A stretch of 64,000 nt of DNA from Flavobacterium sp. UBA6195 (GCF_002422095.1 NZ_DITB01000038.1:877-64876); one strand, 5' to 3'; counted from the first letter of the stretch, positions 27,806 through 40,500 are shown. The notes: a model not told the origin generated them from the sequence alone. Program-made: numbers and translations.

Positions 27806-28354
27806 CTATTTGTTGAGTTTCTTTAATAAATTTCGAGTTGCTGCTTGGTAAGCAGCGGTATGATTCGAATAATCTTGCTCGATGATGGTTTTTAATTCTT
27901 CGTGAATCCAATCGTATTTCTTTCCCAAGACAAAAAGAGCTTTCATGGCATACACTTTTGCTGCTACTTTTTCGTCTTGAATCAATCGGTCAATTAGCGC
28001 TTCGATTAAATTGTGTTCTTGTTGTTGTGTGAGAGAAATTCCGTTTTTTCTATGATTGCTTTTGGTGAGAAAAAAGGCAATTTTAGTCGCTGGTCGTAAT
28101 GCCGAATCATCTTTTATTTTGGGAAGAACGCTACAGAAATCTTCAATATAAGGAATAAATTGTTTCAGTTTCTTTTCGCAAACCAAATCCAAACTCCAAA
28201 AGGCTTTAACATGTAATTCATGTTGGATGTCAAAAGCTAATTCAGTCATTTCGCTAAGATTTTTTTCATCTTTCATGGCAAAATTGCTTACCATTTTTCG
28301 GCTGGCTACATGACAAGTGCTTTCTTCGATTTTCTGATACATTTGGCTTTTCAT
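27806..28354 (-). CDS. Conserved hypothetical helical (HEAT/ARM-like) protein
   Basis: All-alpha pattern (KAFWSLDLV, DSALRP, EKVAAKVYAM); no catalytic motif recognised. Confidence 0.6.
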   Translation of the reverse strand: MKSQMYQKIEESTCHVASRKMVSNFAMKDEKNLSEMTELAFDIQHELHVKAFWSLDLVCEKKLKQFIPYIEDFCSVLPKIKDDSALRPATKIAFFLTKSNHRKNGISLTQQQEHNLIEALIDRLIQDEKVAAKVYAMKALFVLGKKYDWIHEELKTIIEQDYSNHTAAYQAATRNLLKKLNK

Positions 28355-28450
28355 TCGGTAAATATATCAAATTTGCAAAAAAGTTGAAATACTTTGTAGC
28401 TATTCATTTGACTTTCTTAAATTTGTTGTTTATTTCTAAATCTAACTAAA

Positions 28451-28981
28451 GTGATACAACTACACGATAAGAAATTTGAAGTTTTTATCTCGGGAGAGGA
28501 GATTAACTTCGCCATTGAAAACATGGCCAAACAAATTGAAGACGATTTTTGCGATGATGTTCCTGTTTTTATTGGCGTTTTGAATGGCGCTTTCATGGTG
28601 GTGGCTGACTTATTGAAAAAATACAGTCACAATTGCGAAGTTTCATTTGTAAAAATGGCTTCGTATGAAGGAATGCAAACTACTAATGAGGTGAAAGAAC
28701 TAATTGGTTTGAACCAAAGTTTAGAAGGTCGTTCTGTAATTATCGTGGAAGATATTGTAGATACTGGAAATACGATTGAGGAATTAAAAGCTATTATGAA
28801 GCAACACAATGTGAAACATTTCAAAATTGCTACTTTATTCTTAAAACCAGAAGCCTATACAAAAGACATTAAATTAGATTATGTAGGTATTCGAATTCCA
28901 AATAAATTTATCGTAGGATATGGTTTAGACTACGATGGTTTAGGAAGAAATTTAAAAGACGTATATCAATTATCTGAGTAA
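28451..28981 (+). CDS. hpt: Hypoxanthine phosphoribosyltransferase
   Basis: GVLNGAF, PRPP-binding IIVEDIVDTGNT, FIVGYGLDY. TAAATTTG -7 element at 28418-28425. Confidence 0.93.
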   Translation: MIQLHDKKFEVFISGEEINFAIENMAKQIEDDFCDDVPVFIGVLNGAFMVVADLLKKYSHNCEVSFVKMASYEGMQTTNEVKELIGLNQSLEGRSVIIVEDIVDTGNTIEELKAIMKQHNVKHFKIATLFLKPEAYTKDIKLDYVGIRIPNKFIVGYGLDYDGLGRNLKDVYQLSE

Positions 28982-29012
28982 AGAAAATAGAATAGAGAAA
29001 ATAGAATAAAGA
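28982..29012. repeat. Heptamer tandem repeat
   Basis: AGAAAAT-AGAATAG-AGAAAAT-AGAATAA-AGA. Confidence 0.6.
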
Positions 29013-29038
29013 CTAAAATTTATAAACACAACAAAACA

Positions 29039-29614
29039 ATGATCAATATCGTATTATTTGGGAAACCTGGCGCAGGAAAGGGAACGCAAGCCGATTTTTT
29101 AAAACACAAATACAATTTAGTGCATTTATCTACAGGGGATATTTTTAGATTTAATATTAAAAATGATACTGAATTAGGAAGATTAGCTAAAACTTTTATG
29201 GATAAAGGTGATTTGGTTCCAGATGAAGTAACTATTAAAATGTTGCAAAGCGAAGTAGACAAAAATCCACAAGCAGCAGGTTTTTTATTTGATGGTTTTC
29301 CAAGAACAATTGCACAAGCAGAAGCTTTAGATAAGTTTTTAGAAGGTAAAAATCAAGAAATTATTGCAACAGTTGCTTTGGAAGCTAATGATGAAATCTT
29401 AGTGCAACGTTTGTTAGAAAGAGGAAAAACTTCAGGTAGACCAGACGATCAAGACGAAGAAAAAATCAGAAATCGTTACCAAGAATACAACGAAAAAACC
29501 GCGCCATTAATGGATTATTACAAAGCGCAACACAAATTTTACGCAGTCGATGGTATTGGGTCTATTGAAGAAGTGACTGAAAGATTAAGTTTGGTTTTGG
29601 ACACATTTAAATAA
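29039..29614 (+). CDS. adk: Adenylate kinase (short LID)
   Basis: GKPGAGKGTQ, STGDIFR, FDGFPRT, GRPDD. Confidence 0.95.
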   Translation: MINIVLFGKPGAGKGTQADFLKHKYNLVHLSTGDIFRFNIKNDTELGRLAKTFMDKGDLVPDEVTIKMLQSEVDKNPQAAGFLFDGFPRTIAQAEALDKFLEGKNQEIIATVALEANDEILVQRLLERGKTSGRPDDQDEEKIRNRYQEYNEKTAPLMDYYKAQHKFYAVDGIGSIEEVTERLSLVLDTFK

Positions 29615-29620
29615 TAAAAT

Positions 29621-29661
29621 AAGGCCCGAGAGATAAATTTCGGGCTTTCGATTTTTTTTTC
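29621..29661 (+). terminator. Intrinsic terminator after adk
   Basis: AAGGCCCGAGA-loop-TTTCGGGCTTT followed by a T run. Confidence 0.65.
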
Positions 29662-29731
29662 GATATTTGCACACTGAAAAGGAGCTATTTCCGTAATTTG
29701 GGATTTTAGCTCTTTTTTTATAATTTTAAAT

Positions 29732-31006
29732 ATGGAAATTTTAATCATTCTCTTTCTGATTATTTTAAACGGTGTTTTCTCAATGTCGGAAATCGCATTG
29801 ATTTCAGCTCGTAAAAACCGATTAGAAACAGCGGCTAAAAAAGGAAATAAAAATGCAAAAGTAGCATTAGATTTAGCCAATTCGCCAAACGAATTTTTAT
29901 CTACTGTTCAAATCGGTATTACTTTAATTGGGATTTTAACGGGTATTTATTCGGGAGATAAAATTACTACCGATGTACGAAATTTTGTAGCTACTTTTGA
30001 AGCATTAAAACCGTATTCGGAATCTATTGCTGTGGGAATTGTAGTAGTGGTATTAACATTTTTCTCTTTAGTTTTAGGTGAATTATTGCCAAAAAGAATC
30101 GGTTTAAATTATCCAGAAGGAATTGCAAAAGCAGTTGCGGTTCCCATGAAATTAGTTTCTACCATTACAATGCCTTTTATATGGTTGCTGACTATTTCAA
30201 CTGAATCTTTGATGAAACTTTTGCAAATTAAACCAACAGCTGACGGAAAAGTTACAGAAGAAGAAATCAAAGCCATTATAAAAGAAGGAACTGAAGTAGG
30301 TGAAGTTCAAGAAATTGAGCAAGATATTGTGGAACGTGTTTTTCATATTGGCGATAGAAAAGTTAATTCATTAATGACACACCGAAATTCAATTGTGTAT
30401 TTGTCTTACGAAGATTCCATTGAAGAAATCAAAGCGAAAGTTTTAGATGAATTGCATTCGGTTTATCCAGTATGTGCGGATAATTTAGACGATGTAGAAG
30501 GAATCGTTTTGTTGAAAGATTTGTTTGCCAGTTTTGAAAAAGGAAATTTCGATTTAAAATCGATAATTAAAGAGCCGGTATATTTTATTGAGCAAACATC
30601 GGCATATAAAGCATTGGAAAATTTCAAGGTTTCAAAAGTGCATTATGCTTTGGTTACCGATGAACACGGTGTTTTTCAAGGAATAATTACATTGAATGAT
30701 ATTTTAGAAGCGTTAGTAGGAGATGCGGCTGATTTCTATGAAGACGAATTTAAAATTGTAGCAAGAGAAGACGGTTCGTGGTTAGTTGACGGACATTATT
30801 CGCTGCACGATTTCTTAATTTATTTTGATATGGATGAGTTAATTGGAGATTACGAAGTAACAACAGTAAGTGGATTAATCATAACAGAATTAGGAGTAAT
30901 CCCAAAACAAGGACAAAAGTTAATTTGGAACAAATTAGAGTTCGAAGTTATCGATATGGACGGTGTTAAAATTGATAAAGTTTTAATTACCAATTTAAAA
31001 GAATAA
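29732..31006 (+). CDS. Hemolysin-family/CNNM transporter (DUF21-CBS-CorC)
   Basis: NGVFSMSEIAL, GELLPK, CBS pair (VTDEHG), C-terminal CorC/HlyC domain. Confidence 0.88.
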   Translation: MEILIILFLIILNGVFSMSEIALISARKNRLETAAKKGNKNAKVALDLANSPNEFLSTVQIGITLIGILTGIYSGDKITTDVRNFVATFEALKPYSESIAVGIVVVVLTFFSLVLGELLPKRIGLNYPEGIAKAVAVPMKLVSTITMPFIWLLTISTESLMKLLQIKPTADGKVTEEEIKAIIKEGTEVGEVQEIEQDIVERVFHIGDRKVNSLMTHRNSIVYLSYEDSIEEIKAKVLDELHSVYPVCADNLDDVEGIVLLKDLFASFEKGNFDLKSIIKEPVYFIEQTSAYKALENFKVSKVHYALVTDEHGVFQGIITLNDILEALVGDAADFYEDEFKIVAREDGSWLVDGHYSLHDFLIYFDMDELIGDYEVTTVSGLIITELGVIPKQGQKLIWNKLEFEVIDMDGVKIDKVLITNLKE

Positions 31007-31012
31007 TAATTA

Positions 31013-31139
31013 AGTATTCAGTGTTCAGTATTTAGTATGCAGTTCTAAATAGTGTCATTGAGAATAACAAATTGTTATCAGAAAAGAGGTTTTGTAGGTT
31101 GGAAAATTACTGAACACTCAACACTGATAACTGAACACT
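31013..31139. repeat. Inverted pair of heptamer tandem repeats
   Basis: AGTATTC-AGTGTTC-AGTATTT-AGTATGC (31013-31043) facing ACTGAAC-ACTCAAC-ACTGATA-ACTGAAC (31109-31139). Confidence 0.75.
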
Positions 31140-31147
31140 AAGAAAAG

Positions 31148-32158
31148 ATGACAGAAGGAAATTTTGTAGACTACGTAAAAATATATGTTTCTTCCGGAAA
31201 GGGAGGAAAAGGGTCGTCGCATTTACACAGAGAAAAATTTATTGAAAAAGGTGGACCCGATGGTGGTGATGGAGGTCGTGGTGGACACGTATATATTAAA
31301 GGAAATAAAAATCTTTGGACTTTATTTCATTTAAAATTTTTGAAACACGTTCGTGCGGGTCACGGTGGCGATGGAGGAAGTTCAAGAAGTACAGGTCATG
31401 ATGGAGAAGATAAATTTATTGAAGTCCCATTAGGAACAGTTGTAAAAGATCAAGAAACGGGTGATGTTTTGTTCGAAATTACAGAGCACGATGAAATGAA
31501 AATCATAGCAGAAGGTGGAAAAGGAGGTTTAGGTAACTGGCATTTTAGAAGTGCTACGAATCAAACGCCTCGTTATGCACAACCAGGTATGCCTGTAAAA
31601 GAAGTAGATGTAACTTTAGAATTAAAAGTATTAGCAGATGTAGGTTTGGTAGGTTTCCCTAATGCAGGAAAATCAACTTTGTTGTCAGTTTTAACTTCGG
31701 CAAAGCCAAAAATTGCCGATTATCCATTTACAACTTTAAAACCTAATTTAGGAATTGTAGCTTACAGAGATTTTCAATCGTTTGTAATGGCTGATATTCC
31801 TGGAATTATTGAAGGTGCAGCAGAAGGAAAAGGTTTAGGTCATTATTTTTTGCGTCATATCGAACGAAATTCAACTTTGTTGTTTTTAGTTCCTGCGGAT
31901 GCCGATGATATTAAGAAAGAGTACGAAATTCTGTTAGATGAATTACGTCGTTACAATCCAGAAATGTTAGATAAAGATCGTTTAATTGTGATTTCAAAAT
32001 GCGATATGTTAGATGACGAGTTAAAAGCAGAATTGAAAAAACAATTGGATAAGGAATTTAAAGGAACACCTTATATGTTTATTTCATCTGTTGCACAACA
32101 AGGTTTACAAGAGTTGAAAGACAAATTGTGGCAAATGTTGAATGCTGAAGAAAAATAA
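31148..32158 (+). CDS. obgE: GTPase ObgE/CgtA
   Basis: Gly-rich [34 protein letters not shown]. Confidence 0.96.
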   Translation: MTEGNFVDYVKIYVSSGKGGKGSSHLHREKFIEKGGPDGGDGGRGGHVYIKGNKNLWTLFHLKFLKHVRAGHGGDGGSSRSTGHDGEDKFIEVPLGTVVKDQETGDVLFEITEHDEMKIIAEGGKGGLGNWHFRSATNQTPRYAQPGMPVKEVDVTLELKVLADVGLVGFPNAGKSTLLSVLTSAKPKIADYPFTTLKPNLGIVAYRDFQSFVMADIPGIIEGAAEGKGLGHYFLRHIERNSTLLFLVPADADDIKKEYEILLDELRRYNPEMLDKDRLIVISKCDMLDDELKAELKKQLDKEFKGTPYMFISSVAQQGLQELKDKLWQMLNAEEK

Positions 32159-32180
32159 AAAAAGTTAAAATAAACGTAAG

Positions 32181-32212
32181 AAAAAGCATCTTTTATTTGA
32201 AGGTGCTTTTTT
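32181..32212 (+). terminator. Intrinsic terminator after obgE
   Basis: AAAAAGCATCTT-loop-AAGGTGCTTTTTT. Confidence 0.7.
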
Positions 32213-32342
32213 GTTTTTAATGCAGTTATTATAATAAAAAGTTAAAATTGCTTCAATCTAACTTGATTTTGAAATGATAATTTTATCGAAATCGTATTTT
32301 TAAGTATATTCGCCACACAAATCAAAAGAACACAGATTTATT

Positions 32343-34490
32343 ATGAAAAAATTAGTATTATTTGTCGTTTCTGCTATTATGCTTGTGCCAGCTTCGGTAA
32401 AAGCAGATGAAGGAATGTGGTTTTTAATGTTCATTGAGCGTTTAAATCACCGCGACATGCAAAAAATGGGCTTGCAATTAACAGCCGAAGAAATTTACAG
32501 TATCAACAACCACAGTTTAAAAGATGCTATCGTTCAATTTAATGGTGGATGTACAGCTGAATTAATTTCAAAAGATGGATTGGTTTTGACTAATCACCAC
32601 TGTGGATATGATGCCATTGCAGAATTATCTTCAGCAGAAAAAAACTATTTAAAAAATGGGTATTGGGCAAAAAACAGAGCTGAAGAGTTAAAACCTTCAA
32701 GTTTATATGTACGTTTCTTTGTTCGTATGGACGATTGTACAAAAAGAATCTTATCTGTTGTAAATCCTTCAATGAGCGAAGCGGATAGAGAAAAAGCTAT
32801 CAATGCTGAAATCGCGAAAATTGAGAAAGAAAACAACGAAGGTGGGAAATATACAGTTTCTGTTCGTCCATTTTTCCAAGGAAATGAATATTACTATTTC
32901 GTTTACCAAGATTACAAAGACGTTCGTTTAGTAGGAACTCCACCAGAAAGTTTAGGAAAATTTGGTGGTGATACAGACAACTGGGAATGGCCACGTCATA
33001 CAGCAGATTTCTCTATGTTTAGAGTGTATGCTGATGCAAACGGTAATCCAGCTGAATACTCTACAAATAACGTTCCTTTACAACCAAAACATTATTTACC
33101 AGTAAACATTGGTGGAGTTAAAGAAAATGACTTCGCAATGATTTTAGGTTATCCTGGTAGAACTAACCGTTGGATGCCAGCAGGCGGAATTGAGCAAAAC
33201 GTAAAATTTGCTTATCCAGCTTGGGTTGAAGGTTCTAAAACAGGAATGGACAATATGAAAAAATATATGGTTCAATCTGATGCTTTAAACCTTATCTATG
33301 CTTCTAAATTTGCAGGAGTAGCTAATTACTGGAAAAACCGTCAAGGAATGATTGATGCATTGACAAAATTTGGAACAGCAAAAACAAAAGCAGCTCAAGA
33401 AGCTAAATTCCATAAATGGGCTAATCAACCAGCTAACAAAGCAAAATATGGTAATGTAGTTCCTACAATTAATAAATATTATGCAATGACGAATGAAAAA
33501 TCACGTCATGATAATTATTTAATGCAATTATTTAGAACTTCTGCTTTTGGAACTGTTAGTAGAGGTTTAGGAAGACAATTAGAAAATTATGCTAAAGCAG
33601 ATGCAGCTAAAAGAGCACAAATGGCACCTGCAATCTTAGAAATGGTGGATGAAATGTATAAAGAAATGCATATTCCAGCAGAGAAAGATATTTTAGCGGC
33701 ACAATTAAATTTATATTCTAGTAAAGCAGGTTATACTTTGGCTCCAATGGTTGAAAAACTAGCTAAAGAAAACAATGGCGATTTTACTAAATATGTAAAC
33801 GCAGCATTTGATTTAAGTATTTTTACTTCTGTTGATAGAGTAAAAGCTTTCTTAAATTTACCATCTGAAGAATTACTTAAAAATGATCCACTTTATGTAT
33901 TAACAAATGATTTATTAACTCATTATAGCTTTAGAAGTGAGGAATTAATCAAAGCTCAAAACGATTTTGGTGCTTCTTTCCGTTTATTGGTGGAAGGTTT
34001 GAGAGAATCTAAAATTGGAGAAATTAAATATCCAGATGCCAATTCAACTTTACGTTTAACTTATGGTAAAGTACGTTCTTTACCAGCAGACAAACGTAAT
34101 GATGCTAAAATTAATAACTACACTACATTAGCTGGTCAAGTTAAAAAATACAAAAAAGGTGATTTAGAATTTGATTTGCCAGAAAGAGTATTACAAATGA
34201 ACGCAGCTAAAGATTTCGGTCGTTACGCAGATAAAGATGGTTCATTACATGTAAATTTCTTAACTGATAATGATATTACAGGAGGAAATTCAGGTTCGCC
34301 AGTATTAAATGGAAAAGGTGAATTAATCGGTTTAGCATTCGACGGGAACATCGAAGCTATGGCAGGTGACGTAATCTTTGACAAAAAATTACAAAGAACA
34401 ATCAACGTAGATATTCGTTATGTATTGTGGGTAATTGAGAATTTCTCAGGTGCTAAACACATTGTAGACGAAATGACTATTGTGAAGTAA
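32343..34490 (+). CDS. S46-family dipeptidyl-peptidase (DPP7-type)
   Basis: ADEGMW after the signal peptide, TNHHC, DNWEWPRH, TGGNSGSP. AFDGN has Gly, as in DPP7, rather than the Arg of DPP11. Confidence 0.9.
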   Translation: MKKLVLFVVSAIMLVPASVKADEGMWFLMFIERLNHRDMQKMGLQLTAEEIYSINNHSLKDAIVQFNGGCTAELISKDGLVLTNHHCGYDAIAELSSAEKNYLKNGYWAKNRAEELKPSSLYVRFFVRMDDCTKRILSVVNPSMSEADREKAINAEIAKIEKENNEGGKYTVSVRPFFQGNEYYYFVYQDYKDVRLVGTPPESLGKFGGDTDNWEWPRHTADFSMFRVYADANGNPAEYSTNNVPLQPKHYLPVNIGGVKENDFAMILGYPGRTNRWMPAGGIEQNVKFAYPAWVEGSKTGMDNMKKYMVQSDALNLIYASKFAGVANYWKNRQGMIDALTKFGTAKTKAAQEAKFHKWANQPANKAKYGNVVPTINKYYAMTNEKSRHDNYLMQLFRTSAFGTVSRGLGRQLENYAKADAAKRAQMAPAILEMVDEMYKEMHIPAEKDILAAQLNLYSSKAGYTLAPMVEKLAKENNGDFTKYVNAAFDLSIFTSVDRVKAFLNLPSEELLKNDPLYVLTNDLLTHYSFRSEELIKAQNDFGASFRLLVEGLRESKIGEIKYPDANSTLRLTYGKVRSLPADKRNDAKINNYTTLAGQVKKYKKGDLEFDLPERVLQMNAAKDFGRYADKDGSLHVNFLTDNDITGGNSGSPVLNGKGELIGLAFDGNIEAMAGDVIFDKKLQRTINVDIRYVLWVIENFSGAKHIVDEMTIVK

Positions 34491-34512
34491 TTTTTAATTA
34501 CAATATAAATAG

Positions 34513-34543
34513 AAACGTCCCGATTATTCGGGACGTTTTTTTT
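34513..34543. terminator. Terminator between convergent genes
   Basis: AAACGTCCCGA-TTAT-TCGGGACGTTT plus T run. Confidence 0.8.
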
Positions 34544-34548
34544 ATGGT

Positions 34549-37500
34549 TTACTTTTGAATTTTTAATTTGGTATTGGTTGAGTGACTCGAGAATTCTGGA
34601 GCATACATGCTTTGAATAGTTGCAATTCCGTCATTAAATACTCCTGAATTATTTACTCTAACATCATATTCAAAAACATAAGTTCCGAATTTAATTTTGT
34701 CAAAGAAGAAATGAGTTGCTACATCTTTTGTGCTTCTGTAAAAACTGATGCCGTCTTTCCATTCGTACTTCGAAATTACATCAATAGGCTCAAAACAAGA
34801 TGCTCGTAAGTCTTTTAAATGAACAAACTCTAAATCATTATCCGTATTAATTATTAGTCGAATGGTAATTAAATCACCAACTTTTACATTTTCATAATTT
34901 ATATCGATAAGTTTATCTCCTTCTGAAGTTTTTACTTTTTTATAAAGGTTTTTTGTAATTGAAAGTGCTGAGGTGCTATCTGATTTTACAGCATCTAAAT
35001 CTTCAAAATATTGCCAATATAAACCACCAAATCCAGCTACATCTGATTTGTTTTCAACTGAAATTTGTCCCATTTCTTTTGAAATTTCATCAGAATTCCA
35101 ATTCATTTTTATATATCCAGTACTTGCATCTTTATTTTTTTCTGATATTTTTTTAGACAATACTTTTTCGTTTCCGATTTTAAATTTGGTATTATCTTTT
35201 ATACTTGTCCAGTCGGTTCCTTGTAATAAAAGCGCATAAATGGCTTCTGTTGTGGCTTTTGTTGTAGGCCAATGTTTTAATTGTTTTTGTTTTAACAGCC
35301 AAACCTTCATTTCATCTACAAACTTTTTGTCTTTTTCAATTTCGGAAAAGGCTTCAATTAATAATGCTTGTGTTTCTATAGCCGATTGGTACCAATAATA
35401 TCCATTTTTATTTTCAATCCAATACATGCCAAAATCATCATTTCGAGCTACTGTTTCTTTTAAATTTTCAATGATTTTCTCTGCGAATTTTTTATCACCA
35501 AATCGATTCATCGTTAATGCTAATAATCCTTTTTGGTATAAAGAATAATTTAACCAATTAGCTTTAAACTCCACTTTTTGAATGTTTATAATGGAATCTA
35601 TTTTTTTTGAAATAGGATATTCTTCTAAATAAAAACTTCGGGCATATAAATAATGTAAGTTGGAATAAGCGTAATAATTAATACGTTCATTTTTAAGCGT
35701 ACTTTGATTTATGTATTTACTGTCTAAATAAGGAATTGCTTTTGAAGTTATATTTTTAAATTCCGATTTTTTTTCAGGGAACATTTTACTTAAATGCCCA
35801 AAGCCTGAAAAAATATGTTGGGTAATAAAAATATTTTCTTCTCCACCATCAAACCATGCAAACCCACCAGAGGCTAATTGTTTTTCTTCTATTTTTTTGA
35901 TGGTAGATTTTTGAGATTCTTTCATGGTATTTAAATCCATTAACAGCGCCAAACGTTTGTTTTTTAGTTCTTCATTTTCGGCATCTAATAACCATGGTGT
36001 TTCATTTAAAACAATAGATTTTAATTCTTCATTTTGAGTGAGCTTTGAAACCGCTTTCGGGTTATTTTTCCAAGATTCAAATAAGCTAGCTATTTTGGAA
36101 TTACTAGAAATAATTTCTGTAGCTATAAAATTGCCATAATATCTTGAGAAAGTTTGTTCTGCACATTCATGTTCGTATTCCATTAAATAGGGTAATGATT
36201 GAAGAGCAAGCCATGTTGGGTTTGAAGTATACTCTAAAGTAAATAAATGGTTTTTTAAAGTTTTAGATTCATTGTTTTTAAGGTTATCAAATACATATTC
36301 TTTTTTAGAATTCCCTTTTACCCAAATCGGAATGCTTTCGGTTAGTAAGACTTTATTACTTATTACGGGTAAAATATTTTCTTCACCATCAGAAAAATTA
36401 CCCGATTTAGCTACTATTTTATATTGTAATCCTTGAACTCCTTCTGGAATTGTAACTGTCCAAGAAACAGGAACACTTTCTTTTGATTTACAATTGAAAG
36501 CTTTTACATTAGAACTATTATTCGCAATTGCATCAATCGGTTGCATAGTAGTTGCATCAAAAAGCAATAACATAGCATTTCCTGATTTGATTTCATTAGT
36601 TAGATTTACCACTTTTGCCGTTAAGGTAATTTCATCTTTTTCACGAACAAAACGAGGCATATTGGTTTGAATCATAACATCTTTTTGCGAAATAATGCTC
36701 GATTCAAAATAACCTGATTCTAAATTTTTATTGTGACCAAATAGACGTAATTTCCATTTGGTTAAGGATTCGGGTGTAGTAAATTGGAAAGAAAATTTAC
36801 CATTACTATCCGTTTTAATATGAGGATAAAAGAAAGCCGTTTCATTAAAATTACTTCTTGTTTTAACTTGAGTTAATTCTTTTAATCCATTTTTAGTTGT
36901 AATTATGATTACTCCGTTTTTGCCTCTAATTCCGTACAAAGCAGATGCTATAGAATCTTTTAAAACCGAAATAGACTCAATATCATCTGGATTAAAAGAA
37001 ATTGCATTAGAATTTGTGTTGTCATAGTTTGAACTATCATAAACAATTCCATCTATTACATATAAAGTTTGATTTTCTTCTGTGATTGTCGAAGTTCCTC
37101 TTAATACAATTCGAGTACTTGATCCAACGCCTCCATAAGAATTAGTAACTTGAACACCAGCTATTCTACCTGAAAGAGCATTAACTAAGTCAGATTCTTC
37201 ATGCTCTAAAAATATGTTTGAATTTGTACTTTGAGCTGCATATGTTACAACTTTTTCTTGCTTTTTGATGCCTAAAGCTGTAACAACAACTTCATTACCA
37301 TTAATCAAATCGTCTTTTAAATTTATTTCTATATTTTTTAATTGCTCAATTGATATTTCCTCTGATTTTTTTCCGGTATAACTTATAACAATAATTTCTC
37401 CTTTAGCGGCTTCAATAGAAAACTCGCCATCAAAATCGGTTGTAGTACCTCTGTTGGTTCCTTTGATGTATACATTTGCTCCGGGTATTGGTCCCAATTC

Positions 37501-40500
37501 ATCTTGTACAACTCCAGAAATTAATTTAGAGTTTTTAGGAATTTTATTTACATTACTTATTCTCTTCTGATAATTTTTATATGTGTAATTGTTTTTTGGG
37601 TCATTAAAATCAAAACCAAACCAATATAGTTCAGGTTCTCTTTTATAAATAGCAAAGTGATTTCTTGGAGTTCTAAAATTGTTTACAAAAAGATTAATGG
37701 TAGTACCATAATTTGTAATATAAGGTATTCTTGGATAGGAATAATTTTCTTGGAAATGAAAGCTGTTCCAACGATCTTTTGCAAATTGGTCTAAAGAACT
37801 ATCATACATACTGGCTAAAATTTCGGCTTGTTGTTTTGGATTTGTAATTTCAAAGGACCAATTTTCTGTACTTCCAGGTTCAATTTTATTGCGTAAACTT
37901 TCAATTTCAATTAAGAACTTTTCATCTGATTCTTCTCTTTTTATTTGGTGTGATTTTGTATAACCTTCATTTTCCCATATGGTTGAGAAATGAAATGTTA
38001 AATGGTTCAAATATTTTACTTCCTTGTTAAAATTAAATACAGTTTTTCCATTTTTTAATTGAATTGTCTTCACTTCCTGTATTAGATCTTCGTCTGCATA
38101 AAAACGAGAAGTTATATATAAATCAGGAATAATAGATTGAATTTCAATAGTATAAAATTTAGAATTAGGAGTTGTAATGTCTTTGTAAGTAAAAAGTTCA
38201 TCTTCAGAATAAGGATATTCTTTTGATTTTACATTAATTACTCTTTGTCTAGTTATTAGATTGTTTTTCAAATCATAAGCTTCAGCAACTATTTTGAATT
38301 TAGAATTTCTGTAATTTTTTAAAAATTCTAAAGCAATTTCTTTGCTAGTTTTTGTGTCAAAAGGAATAGTTTTTATGAGAATTTCTTCTGTTTTTTCATC
38401 GGTGTTATCATAAGGCTCATGAGGAAATAATTTTTTAAATTCTTCTCGTTTAATTGTTTGTATTTCAGGAATTGAGAAAAGCCTTCTTTTTAAAAATGCG
38501 TTACTTTTTATTTCATAAATTTTCACAACACCCTTTGCTTCAATGGGATAATTGTTTAGCGTTTTTGTGGAAATATACAAGATGTTATTTTCTTCAGAAA
38601 TTAATTCAGGTTTGATGCTTAAATTAATATTTAACATTTCTCTTCCTACTGAAATAGTTTGTGAGGCAGTTCTCGTTTCTCCTTGAATATCAGTAACTTT
38701 AAAATCAATTGTAAAATTTATTGTTTCAATTTCATTGTTTGGAACAGTAGGTTCATTAGCCATGAATTGTATTGAAAAATTTCCATTTTCATCAGTTGTA
38801 GTTTCTGAAATAATATAATCTTCATCAAACGGAATACTATTAGTTTTACTATGGACACTTTTTGAAATGGAATATTCAATTTTGGCATTGGTAAGATTAT
38901 TTCCAGCTAATGCTTTTGCATTTCCTTTAATATTTATAGAATCGCCAATAGTGTAATTTTCTGTAATTTCATCAAAAACTATCTCAAATGTTGGGCGCTT
39001 GTATTCCTCAACTTTAAAATTAAATTCGGTGTGACTTTCAAAATCAACATTGTCCCAAAATTGATGTTCATCATCTTTTTTGTTATAGTATTTTGAATCT
39101 TGTTCGTAGTTGTTTGGCTCATCAATTTCTATAGTAAATTCGCCTGTTAGAACATTTTTAGGAATTTCAAATTCACCCGAAAAACTTCCAAATTCATTAG
39201 TTTGAACGTCAAATTCTTTCAAGGTTGTCTGATTAACATCGTAAATACTTACATGTACAGTTAAAAATGGAACAACACTTTTGTTGTTGTCTTTCTTTTG
39301 AATAATCACGCCTTTGTAATATAACTTTTGCCCAGGTCTGTAAATTGCACGATCAAAAAATACTAAAGCTTTAGCTTCCCAGTTGATAAAATCGTCTTCA
39401 TATTGATTATTCTGTTCGTTTTTATATGAAAAGCCACGATTGTATTTTGTTGTAAGCGAATCATCTTTAAAGGTTACTAAAATTTCATTTTTGTATGTTT
39501 TGTCTTTAATTCTATCTCTATGTTTAAAATATGCATTCCCATTTTTACTTGTTTTTATTGCTTCATCTTCATTTCTAATAATTACATTTTCTAAAGGTCT
39601 TCCAGTTTTTCTATCATACAAATAAAATACATCTTTCTTATCTTCCTTATCTTCTATTAAATAAAGGTTAGTAACTGAAATTTTATTGTAAGCGAAAGCT
39701 TTTGTATTCAGATTGTTATTGGTTTCTACATAAATTAAATACTTTCCAGTATCTAATTTTTCTAGTAAAACTTCTGTATTATACTCAAAATAATCTTTTT
39801 TGTTAGGTAAAACAATTGTTTGCTCTTTTAATGGCGTGTTTTTAGCTATTATTAATTTAACAATAGAGTCTGTGTTGATGTTTTTATTTCGGGTATAATC
39901 ATAGTTATTATCTAAAAGAGCACTAATTTTTTCATTTAGCCTAAAGTAAGAAATGGAAATTGTGTCTACATTTTTGAAGTTTACAAAGGCTCTATTGTTT
40001 TGTAATGGGTAAATTATTTTTGGTAATTTAATGTTCAAACTTTTATTCGTAATTTCTATTTTTATTTTTTCAGCTTCAGCTAGTGCATTAACGTTGATTT
40101 TTGCATTCAGTATTGTGTCAATTAAAGATAAAGTATTTTTGTAGGAATTGATTTTTCCGTTTTTGTATGTTTTAGATTGATAATATTGAGCTCTGTCAAC
40201 TCTTAAAAATTGTTTTAAAAATAAACCTTGAGTCGTTTTCTCTAATGAAGAAATTTTTTCCAAATATATTTCCTCATTCCAAAACGTTTCCTTGATGAAT
40301 TTTAACCTTTCATAATAAGCAAAATCAACTTTGTCGAAATTTTTCTTATCTAAATAATATTTTTCATTTTTCTGAAAAATCGAAATTAACTTTCTTAGAT
40401 TTTCATCTTCTAGTTTTTTAGAATCAAAATTTACAAAGGAATTAGGATTAGTATAAAATATTTTGATATCATTTTCAAAATCAGTTGATTTTTTTAGTCT

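Noticed and set aside
27806-28354. Purine-pathway enzyme, given its position beside purK and hpt
   Set aside because: At 182 aa with no recognisable catalytic signature, it is left as a helical hypothetical protein.
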